Source: Candidatus Dormiibacterota bacterium (lineage in GTDB: Archaea > Thermoproteota > Bathyarchaeia > 40CM-2-53-6). From it: a stretch of DNA of 64,000 nt. A program made the position numbers and the translations under genes. Under the pieces are notes generated by a model that was not told where the DNA came from, made no database searches, and worked only from the letters and a program-made list of their open reading frames with translations. Location of the stretch: assembly GCA_035637535.1 (NCBI GenBank), contig DASPWZ010000049.1:42539-106538 (forward strand), written 5' to 3'. Within the stretch, counting starts at the first letter, position 1. Each line of letters opens with the position of its first letter. Below are positions 10,058-17,205 of the stretch, in pieces.

Positions 10058-10330
10058 GACGAACCCTCTCTTGCCAGCAGCAAGTCAGTGCGAAAGCGTG
10101 CTTAAGGCTAGCGGAAAATCCCAGGGTTTTCCATCCGGAAAATTTGTCTGTAATCACTTCTGGTGACTATTCAACGTGCACGGCCGTTATAAGCCGCGAC
10201 GAGACATAGAGCGATCGACGAGAAATGTGTCACGTCAAAATAGACCAAGAGAGAATAGAACAAGCGACCATCAAGAATTGGCTTACAACAAACAACCTAA
10301 GACTGACTACTCGATAGGGGCCTCCAGACG

Positions 10331-11557
10331 ATGGGCGATGTCTCCGTAGACAGAGGCGCGACAGCCAAACTCGGCCAGGTCGAGGGCGACCTAAGAGTCG
10401 GCCAGGCAGCAAGAATAGAACCAGAAGACAAGGTAATCCATGTAACCGGACGAGTATCCTGTGACGGAGACGCCGAGTTCCATGGAAGTCTATCATGCTC
10501 AGAGTTCTCCGCTCGCCACGGGAAAATCAGAATCGAGGGCGATCTTATCGCCAAAAGCGAGGTAAAGGTCGATGACGGACAGCTAGCGATCGATGGGTCC
10601 CTCGAGGCGGCCACGGTTACTGTCGACAAAGCCTTGAGGATAGGCGGAAACGCTCGGGCCGACGATTTTGATGTAGGAGGTGTCCTTGAGGTTAGAGGAA
10701 CCATCTCCGGAAAGAAAGTGGACGTAGGCGGCTCGTTCAAAGTTCAAGGAACCGCCGAAGTCGAAGAGGTTGATGTCGGAGGCACCGTCGACATAGCCAG
10801 CATTGTCAAGTTTGCAAAGCTCGATGTTGGAGGCATGGCCCGGATCGGTGGAGGAGAGGTCTCCAAGGACGTGGATGTCGGCGGCAAGTTCGAATCGACA
10901 AAGCCGCTAAAATTCTCGAAGATCGACGTAGGAGGTCTAGCAACACTAGTGGAAGGCGGCGAAGGCGGAGATGTTGATGTGGGTGGAAAATTCGAGAGCA
11001 GAGCCGACCTCTCGTTCAACTCTCTAGACGTTGGAGGCATGGCGTCGATAGAGGGGAACGGAAAAGGGGTTGAGGTGGACGTTGGAGGACTCTTGCGAGT
11101 ATCCGGAAGCCTCACGCTGGAAAAGGACCTGGACATTGGAGGCAGAGCATACATCGGCGCAGAACTCAGACTCGACTCTCTGGAGGTCGGCGGCTCCATG
11201 GAGGCGGACCTGATTATCGCCCAGAAAAGTATCGAGGTGGGAGGAGACCTCAAGACCATCAAGGGAACAAAAGGAGACACTGTCGAGCTAGGACATGGAT
11301 CACGGGCGAGCGGACCCATTGTCGCACGAGAAGTGAGCGTCGGACACGGTGGCAGAGTCGAGGACGTCTACGCGGACACGTTAGAAATGGAACACGGGTC
11401 AAGAGCGCGGAACCTCTATTTCAGAGAAGGCGTCATTGAAGCAGGCGTCAACGTCGAGGGCGAGGTCCTTTACACAGACACGATCGAAGCCTCACCCGAC
11501 GTAAGATTCGCAAAACCCTCCGCCAAGGTCAACGAGCTACCTAAACCGCCCCTCTGA
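10331..11557 (+). CDS. Bactofilin-like (polymer-forming) beta-helix repeat protein
   Basis: 12 consecutive [DE][VI]GG repeats at about 17-residue spacing; no signal peptide or TM. Confidence 0.7.
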   Translation: MGDVSVDRGATAKLGQVEGDLRVGQAARIEPEDKVIHVTGRVSCDGDAEFHGSLSCSEFSARHGKIRIEGDLIAKSEVKVDDGQLAIDGSLEAATVTVDKALRIGGNARADDFDVGGVLEVRGTISGKKVDVGGSFKVQGTAEVEEVDVGGTVDIASIVKFAKLDVGGMARIGGGEVSKDVDVGGKFESTKPLKFSKIDVGGLATLVEGGEGGDVDVGGKFESRADLSFNSLDVGGMASIEGNGKGVEVDVGGLLRVSGSLTLEKDLDIGGRAYIGAELRLDSLEVGGSMEADLIIAQKSIEVGGDLKTIKGTKGDTVELGHGSRASGPIVAREVSVGHGGRVEDVYADTLEMEHGSRARNLYFREGVIEAGVNVEGEVLYTDTIEASPDVRFAKPSAKVNELPKPPL

Positions 11558-11561
11558 GAAA

Positions 11562-11855
11562 TTGCAGCCCGCCAAACGGTCTCGGATGGACATTTACGCA
11601 GAGATATTAGAAGCTCTGAAACGAAAGGGAGTGACCCGGATAACAAGAGTCTCCTACGCTGTTGGATTACCTGTCGACCGGACAAAAAACTACCTCAAGG
11701 ATCTATCTTCATCAGGGCTCGTTGGCATGCAGACGGGCGAAGACTCCGGTTATTCGATAACACATAGAGGATTAGAATTTCTCGACGCTTACTGGAAGCT
11801 GAAAGGATTCCTAGACTTCATTGGCGGAGAATCTGGCGAGCCGGGCCGCGGCTAA
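11562..11855 (+). CDS. Winged-helix transcription regulator (archaeal HTH_45-like)
   Basis: KRSRMDIYAEILE...ITRVSYAVGL...YSITHRGLEFL. Confidence 0.85.
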   Translation: MQPAKRSRMDIYAEILEALKRKGVTRITRVSYAVGLPVDRTKNYLKDLSSSGLVGMQTGEDSGYSITHRGLEFLDAYWKLKGFLDFIGGESGEPGRG

Positions 11856-12376
11856 GCCACGTAGCTCTTGTATTCTCCCTCAAACTCGCGGACTATCTCG
11901 AACTTGGGAAGTCTCCGAGAGCGAAGCTCTCCGTGGTGTTGGAAAGTGAGTTCTGGAAACATGACCGCTGGCCCATCTATAGCCAGCTTTGTAGCTGGGT
12001 GGTCGGGTCCTAGGACCCGGGCGCATATCTGACGGGTCAACCTTCGCACCTCACCCTCATCAACGTATCCCAGCGTATGCAGGTATTCGTGGAGAAGAGT
12101 GTAGAAGACGTAGGCGTTGAGGGTCTGTCGATCTTTCGCTATGTGTGTGACCTGGTCTAGCAGGCTTCTGTTCATGACGATGAAATTGGAGCCCATCTGG
12201 TGGAAAGCGCCGATGTATTCCGGCAGATCAGCAAGACCCAGCATCAACCCTGTTCGTCTCTTTCCCAGACTACTCTTGACCGATTTCTTTACAAGCTGAA
12301 AGACTTCTGAGAAGTTGAAGCTCCGGTCCAGTCCCTCCGATACACCTATGCTGGTCGGGGGTATGTCAACGTCCAA
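11852..12376 (-). CDS. Zincin-like metalloprotease family protein
   Basis: LLHEYLHTLGYVDE, an HExxH motif with a downstream Glu. Confidence 0.7.
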   Translation of the reverse strand: MDVDIPPTSIGVSEGLDRSFNFSEVFQLVKKSVKSSLGKRRTGLMLGLADLPEYIGAFHQMGSNFIVMNRSLLDQVTHIAKDRQTLNAYVFYTLLHEYLHTLGYVDEGEVRRLTRQICARVLGPDHPATKLAIDGPAVMFPELTFQHHGELRSRRLPKFEIVREFEGEYKSYVA

Positions 12377-12464
12377 AATTCTAACCTCGAAGATGAACTA
12401 GAGTTTGCCAAGACTAGTTTTGGCTGACCGCCTATTTAAGGACTGGATTCCACAGAAATCAATC

Positions 12465-13178
12465 ATGGGACACTCTTCGACTCACACCACAGACGAGTGG
12501 AGCGCAGTTGTTAGAGCGATTGAAAGCGCTCTTCCATTCTACGAGTCGATCAGCGAAATAATTTCTTTGGGCTTAGCAGGACCTCTCAGGCGCAGGGCAA
12601 TCCGTCGACTGGAAAAATACAGAACAAATTGGATTCTAGACTCAGGCACTGGCCCTGGTACAAGTAGTAGGATGATGCTTGAAGATGGATTCGAGAAAAT
12701 CGCTGGACTCGACCCATCGCGAATCCTACTGCGATTTGCGAAAGCTACTCTCGGACCCGGCTTCCATCCAGTGCTCGGGGTAGCGGAAAGCCTTCCCTTC
12801 CGTCCCGATGCTTTCTCTGGGGTCCTCACCTGTTTCTCTTACCGAGATGTTCGCGACAAAGCATTGTCCCTGGTAGAGTTTGCCCGAGTGGTGGATCGAG
12901 AGGGTCGGCTGGAGATAGTTGACGTCGGAAAACCTGACGGGCCGTTCCGACAAAAACTGATTGGGCTCTATGTCGCCGTGCTCATGCCCACGATTGCTAG
13001 ATTCTTCATCAGCGGACGAACGAAGGAAAATCCCTTTCAAATGATCGTTCCAACTTTTCATCAGCTAGCAAAAAATCGTAGCGTCACTCGTTTGGCCGAA
13101 CAGAAATTTGGTCCAGCGAGGCTTTACGAGTTCCTGTTGGGCGGGATGGTAATTATTGAGGCTAAACGAACTAGCTGA
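12465..13178 (+). CDS. UbiE/MenG-like SAM-dependent methyltransferase
   Basis: ILDSGTGPG motif I, GVAESLPF, EFARV...GRLEIVD; alternative start 12405. Confidence 0.8.
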   Translation: MGHSSTHTTDEWSAVVRAIESALPFYESISEIISLGLAGPLRRRAIRRLEKYRTNWILDSGTGPGTSSRMMLEDGFEKIAGLDPSRILLRFAKATLGPGFHPVLGVAESLPFRPDAFSGVLTCFSYRDVRDKALSLVEFARVVDREGRLEIVDVGKPDGPFRQKLIGLYVAVLMPTIARFFISGRTKENPFQMIVPTFHQLAKNRSVTRLAEQKFGPARLYEFLLGGMVIIEAKRTS

Positions 13179-13193
13179 CTTCTTGAACAGGGA

Positions 13194-14486
13194 TCAATTC
13201 TTGGTTGTACCCGGAGTGATCCCATGTATCGCGACTGAAATCACCCAGGAGGTCACGTACGACAATATGAAGACACTAATCATAACCACTACTACCCCAT
13301 ACGCCTCTATCCCGAGTTGGTTCAGCGCAGAGACTCCGCCCCCAAAGAATAGCCCGTCCGGCAGTGAAGGGGGCACCAAGCTTCCATTCTGGAATGTTAG
13401 GCTTGCTAACCCTGACACGAAAGCCTTCTGAGCAAAGAATGGAATCATCAGGACACCGAATGTTCCTCCTAGCAAGTGTCCTGGGAACAATCCTACTGGA
13501 TCCGTGAACCATTTGAGTTTTCCAAACCACTTCTCCCCCATCAGATAGAGTGGTCCGCCAAGCAGTCCTAAGACGACGGCGCTAAGAGGGCTAACGAATC
13601 CTGCAAGTGGCGTTATGACGATGAGGCCCATCAAGACCCCGTTCGCGGCATAGATGAGGCTCGGCATCTCCTTCGTCATCTGATATCTGAAGAACATCAC
13701 TGAGAGGAAAGCAGAGGCTGCGGCGAGGAAGGTCGTGAGTACAACCACCATGGCTTCATTGTTGAACGCGAGGACACTTCCAGGGTTGAAGCCGAACCAT
13801 CCCACCCAAAGAAGAAGAATCGACAACGTCAGCCAGGGAAGATTGAGCTTGACCACGACCTGAGGACTAGTTGTCAGTCCCTTCTTCTTTTCTTCCCTCC
13901 AGATTTGAAGGAGAATTCCCAGACCTGCGGCTCCAGCGGCTCCGTGAACCACAAGTCCCCCCGCGAAATCCGCCATGCCCATCTGAGCAAGCCAACCTGT
14001 CGGATTCCATATCCACGCCGCGGGAAGGTTCCAGATGATTATGAAATAGACTATCGAGTAGGCGAAGAAGGCTTGCATCTTCATTTTTCGTAAGACGATG
14101 AGTCCGACGAGGGCAAGGGTGACCGAAGCAAAGGCTGTTTCAAAAAGGAAGTACGTCCCAATCGTAAGCCCCGTACTCTGCTGGGACCACCACGCACCAG
14201 TAAGCAGCCCACTGATGTTTGTTGATGAACCTCCGAGAAACAGCCCAGTGTAGAGTGGATTGCCTATCACGCCGTTGATTGTCGGTGCGAACGCGGTGTT
14301 GAATCCGACTAGGGCCATGAAGAAGAGAGCTGATCCTGTGATGAGCATCGTCTTGAGCAGACTGATCTCTAGATCAGATCCAAGCTCTCCTATCTCCAAG
14401 AATCCGACAGAAATCGTCATGGTAAAGACGAGTAGTCCACATATGATGACCCAGAGATTGTTGGCTAGTAGTACAGGGTCCGCCAC
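13194..14486 (-). CDS. amt: Ammonium transporter (Amt family)
   Basis: DFAGGLVVH, WVGWFGFNPGS, GLIVITP and twin His (VVH, PGH); about 11 TM. Confidence 0.95.
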   Translation of the reverse strand: MADPVLLANNLWVIICGLLVFTMTISVGFLEIGELGSDLEISLLKTMLITGSALFFMALVGFNTAFAPTINGVIGNPLYTGLFLGGSSTNISGLLTGAWWSQQSTGLTIGTYFLFETAFASVTLALVGLIVLRKMKMQAFFAYSIVYFIIIWNLPAAWIWNPTGWLAQMGMADFAGGLVVHGAAGAAGLGILLQIWREEKKKGLTTSPQVVVKLNLPWLTLSILLLWVGWFGFNPGSVLAFNNEAMVVVLTTFLAAASAFLSVMFFRYQMTKEMPSLIYAANGVLMGLIVITPLAGFVSPLSAVVLGLLGGPLYLMGEKWFGKLKWFTDPVGLFPGHLLGGTFGVLMIPFFAQKAFVSGLASLTFQNGSLVPPSLPDGLFFGGGVSALNQLGIEAYGVVVVMISVFILSYVTSWVISVAIHGITPGTTKN

Positions 14487-14593
14487 TTTCGGTCGGCCGA
14501 CGATTTCAGGAGTGTTCTGGATTTAAGATGTAGGCACGGTGCAGAAAATAATGCCTGGCCAAGCTCAAGGCTTAGCCAGAACGTCGGTAACGG

Positions 14594-14609
14594 AAAAAAA
14601 GAAAGGGGG
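14594..14609 (-). terminator. C-tract/T-tract terminator-like element CCCCCTTTCTTTTTTT
   Basis: 28 nt downstream of the stop of the 14637..14783 gene; the motif recurs after other genes. Confidence 0.6.
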
Positions 14610-14636
14610 TGGACTAGGCCCCTAGTTTAGGGATTC

Positions 14637-14783
14637 CTAGTACCTGCGATGCTTTTGATAACAGTCCCTACAGTAGACTGGTCTTCCCTCTGTGGGCTGG
14701 AAGGGGACTTCCGTCTCCTTGCCACAGTCAGAACAGACTACTTTATGCATCGTCCGAGGACTGCCATACGAACTACGACTCAT
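14637..14783 (-). CDS. CxxC-x17-CxxC small zinc-binding protein (48 aa; not in ORF track)
   Basis: MSRSSYGSPRTMHKVVCSDCGKETEVPFQPTEGRPVYCRDCYQKHRRY, preceded by a strong AGGAGGTG SD. Confidence 0.92.
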   Translation of the reverse strand: MSRSSYGSPRTMHKVVCSDCGKETEVPFQPTEGRPVYCRDCYQKHRRY

Positions 14784-14981
14784 CGGCCTAGTACACCTCC
14801 TATCAGCGTGCACTAGGATAGGAATGGCACTAGCCTATAGACCTTAGGGACCCAGACCCCTCAATTCATAGTGATTGGACATCCATCTGGAGACCGCCCG
14901 ACTTTTTTCTCAACAAATCTGGAGTGGAGACAATTGAACTGTCGAGCAACGACTAAATTGGACTAGAAGGAATGATCTCTC

Positions 14982-15338
14982 ATGAACAGCTCAGAGATTC
15001 AGAAAGCGCTCGATTCTTCGGTGGAGCTGCAGATCACGGTTACGGGAAGAAAATCGGGACGAGAATTCTCGACACCCGTATGGTTCGTCCGAGAAGGAAA
15101 TACCCTCCTTCTAATGCCCGTCAGGGGCTCGAAGAATCAATGGTACAAGAATGTCTTGAAATCGAAACGAATCGGCATATCATCGGGCAACGTATCGCTC
15201 GAGCTTTCTGCGAAGCCGATTAACGATGCGAAGAGGGTTGCATCCGTGGCGGACAAGTTCAGGAAGAAGCACGGAGTAGCGGATGTGAAGAAGTATTACA
15301 CGCGATTTGACGCGGCCGTAGAGTTGAGCCTTCCCTAG
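14982..15338 (+). CDS. Deazaflavin (F420)-dependent nitroreductase-like split-barrel protein
   Basis: TVTGRKSGREFSTPVWFV...QWYKNV...FRKKHG pattern. Confidence 0.75.
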   Translation: MNSSEIQKALDSSVELQITVTGRKSGREFSTPVWFVREGNTLLLMPVRGSKNQWYKNVLKSKRIGISSGNVSLELSAKPINDAKRVASVADKFRKKHGVADVKKYYTRFDAAVELSLP

Positions 15339-15371
15339 CCAAAGTGCGTTGCTGGAAGGACACCGCTGCGT

Positions 15372-15824
15372 CTAGATCAAGGATTTCAGCACAGCCAATG
15401 CTTCGCTCACATGTGCTGTTGCTCTCGATTGGGATGAGAAAACATGCCTGACGATCCCGTTCTTGTCAATTACGAAACTCACTCTACCTGGGACCAGTCC
15501 GAAAGTCTTCTTGACTCCGTAGGATTTTCTCGCTGACCCGTCCGGGTCGCTAAGGAGGATAAAGGGTAGTTTGTGTTCCGAGGCGAAGGCCTCATGAGAC
15601 TTTTGGTTATCGTTGCTTATTCCGATGACCTCTGCGCCGAGGTTCTTGAATTCCTCATATGAGTCCCTGAACTCGCAGGCCTCCGCTGTGCATCCTTTCG
15701 TGAAGTCTTTCGGATAGAAGTAGACGACGACGTTCTTCTTTCCGTGAAAGTCTTCGAGGCTAACGTACTCGCCAGCACTGGTCTGCAGTCGGAATCTAGG
15801 TGCCGGGCTTCCTGTCTCTACCAT
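15372..15824 (-). CDS. bcp: Peroxiredoxin BCP/PrxQ
   Basis: YFYPKDFTKGCTAEACEFRD (PxxxTxxC plus resolving Cys), LLSDPDG, RVSFVID. Confidence 0.95.
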   Translation of the reverse strand: MVETGSPAPRFRLQTSAGEYVSLEDFHGKKNVVVYFYPKDFTKGCTAEACEFRDSYEEFKNLGAEVIGISNDNQKSHEAFASEHKLPFILLSDPDGSARKSYGVKKTFGLVPGRVSFVIDKNGIVRHVFSSQSRATAHVSEALAVLKSLI

Positions 15825-15949
15825 CGCTTACACCCCTTCAAAGTCTTCCTTCTATCGCCGAAAACGGATCGGAATACACGGAGACAAAACGACTTCTGAT
15901 CCGCGTGGCTTACCCGAAGATGTTGATCTCGTAGTTTTATCCTGAACTG

Positions 15950-16141
15950 TCAGCTGAATCCCGTTTTGTCGGCAGGGTGAGGATGTCGCCGGGCGACCTC
16001 AATTTCTTCAGAGTATATCTTCTCGAGGTTCGACTGCCCACTTCGGTTCTTTTTCCCGCGATGGATGAACGAGCGATAATTTTTGGGAAATTCCTTCGCT
16101 ACTACGACTTGCAATGATCTCGGTTCCGAATGTTGAGTCAT
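15950..16141 (-). CDS. Hypothetical basic 63-aa protein, possibly leaderless
   Basis: ATG 16141 lies 24 nt after a TTTATAT box, the same geometry as trxA; no recognisable family. Confidence 0.35.
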   Translation of the reverse strand: MTQHSEPRSLQVVVAKEFPKNYRSFIHRGKKNRSGQSNLEKIYSEEIEVARRHPHPADKTGFS

Positions 16142-16164
16142 GCTATTATTGATTAGCTCTGAAT

Positions 16165-16192
16165 ATATAAACACATTGATGAACGTCTATAT
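16165..16192 (-). promoter_or_regulatory. Operator palindrome plus TATA box (site 1)
   Basis: Minus strand ATAGAC-GTTC-ATCAAT-GTG-TTTATAT; 25/28 identical to the inverted copy at 16607..16634. Confidence 0.75.
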
Positions 16193-16199
16193 ATTTTTC

Positions 16200-16514
16200 T
16201 CAGCGTGCGTGCGGTGCTGCTAGAACCGCGTTCAAGCCCAGTCGACGCTGGAGTTCGAAGACGTATGCGGAGAGGACCTCATTGTTGACGTGATAGAAGC
16301 AGAACTGGCCTTGCTTCTCCTTCTCGACGACGTGAGCCGTGGCAAGTTCTTTCAGATGATGCGAGACAGTGGGTTGCGAGACGTCGAAAAAAGCACCGAC
16401 ATCCGAGCAATTTAGCTTTCCTGTCATTGCCAGCTTCTGAAGTATTGCACGGCGTTGCGGATCAGCTAGAGCCTTGCTGATACGATCAAAGTCCTCAGTC
16501 GCGAGCTTCATCAA
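16200..16514 (-). CDS. ArsR/SmtB family transcriptional regulator
   Basis: KALADPQRRAIL...VSQPTVSHHLKELA...KQGQFCFY. Confidence 0.95.
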   Translation of the reverse strand: MMKLATEDFDRISKALADPQRRAILQKLAMTGKLNCSDVGAFFDVSQPTVSHHLKELATAHVVEKEKQGQFCFYHVNNEVLSAYVFELQRRLGLNAVLAAPHAR

Positions 16515-16536
16515 AGATCAACTCCGTTCAACCAAA

Positions 16537-16562
16537 CTATTAACATTTCGATATGCATCTAT
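16537..16562 (-). promoter_or_regulatory. Operator palindrome plus TATA-like box upstream of the ArsR gene (site 2)
   Basis: Minus strand ATAGAT-GCAT-ATCGAA-ATG-TTAATAG, 23-26 nt before the start. Confidence 0.65.
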
Positions 16563-16606
16563 TCGTTGTCCGCTGCCCCCTCAAACCGGGAGTGCTCCGA
16601 TCGATA

Positions 16607-16634
16607 ATATAGATATTCATCAATATGTTTATAT
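16607..16634 (+). promoter_or_regulatory. Operator palindrome plus TATA box upstream of trxA (site 3)
   Basis: ATAGAT-ATTC-ATCAAT-ATG-TTTATAT, 24 nt before ATG 16658. Confidence 0.75.
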
Positions 16635-16657
16635 CCTGTTCGCCCCACCTTTTCAGC

Positions 16658-17014
16658 ATGATGAGCAAACAGAAGACAGACAGCAAAGTAATCCACCTTA
16701 ACAACGGTGAGTTCGAGACCCAGGTTCTCAAATCCAACGTACCGGTTCTCGTAGATTTCTACGCAGACTGGTGTGGACCATGTCATGCGATTGCGCCGAC
16801 AATTGAAGCCCTATCGAACGAGTTCGAGGGCAAGGTAAAATTCGTCAAGGTCGATGTCGATGCCAACCAGGAAGTAGCGTCGAGATACGAGATCATGAGC
16901 ATACCCACGATAATGTTGTTCGAGAACGGCAGAGTCGAAGACAGCATCGTGGGGGCATACCCAGCGTCCGTCTACAAACAACACATCGAACGTGCCCTGA
17001 GTCGCAGAAGCTGA
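16658..17014 (+). CDS. trxA: Thioredoxin
   Basis: VDFYADWCGPC and SIPT cis-Pro loop. Confidence 0.95.
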   Translation: MMSKQKTDSKVIHLNNGEFETQVLKSNVPVLVDFYADWCGPCHAIAPTIEALSNEFEGKVKFVKVDVDANQEVASRYEIMSIPTIMLFENGRVEDSIVGAYPASVYKQHIERALSRRS

Positions 17015-17047
17015 CCTCAGACAAGTCACACGTTGGAGCTTTGCGAC

Positions 17048-17188
17048 ATGGATCATATCTGCCCAATCTGTGGAGGACTAAGTCCGTGCATCTATCTGCA
17101 GTCTGAGTCCCGGAAGTTGTTCAGGTATCACGATTGTCGTTACTGCGGGTCTACCTGGAAGGAAGCTTCGAGCACAGAGTCTCCTTAG
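17048..17188 (+). CDS. Small TFIIS/RpoM-C-like zinc ribbon protein (46 aa; not in ORF track)
   Basis: MDHICPICGGLSPCIYLQSESRKLFRYHDCRYCGSTWKEASSTESP, with GGAG 9 nt upstream. Confidence 0.7.
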   Translation: MDHICPICGGLSPCIYLQSESRKLFRYHDCRYCGSTWKEASSTESP

Positions 17189-17205
17189 GTCGGGACTCAC
17201 AAGGT

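Noticed and set aside
10660..11250. Periodic GA(T/C)GT(N)GG(N)GG nucleotide repeats as a possible CRISPR or tandem array
   Set aside because: They vary at third codon positions and lie inside a CDS; protein-level repeats, with no cas genes in the window
10297..11319. Ser/Thr/Pro-rich minus-strand ORFs with PPTS repeats
   Set aside because: Antisense mirror of the DVGG repeats
13190..13240. GSLRV in an alternative frame at the end of amt, suggesting a frameshifted C-tail
   Set aside because: That frame lacks the following E..GLD motif; probably chance
16165..16634. Inverted repeats flanking arsR read as transposon/MITE ends or an invertible switch
   Set aside because: No transposase or recombinase nearby; better explained as two divergent operator-TATA promoters, given the third copy at 16537..16562
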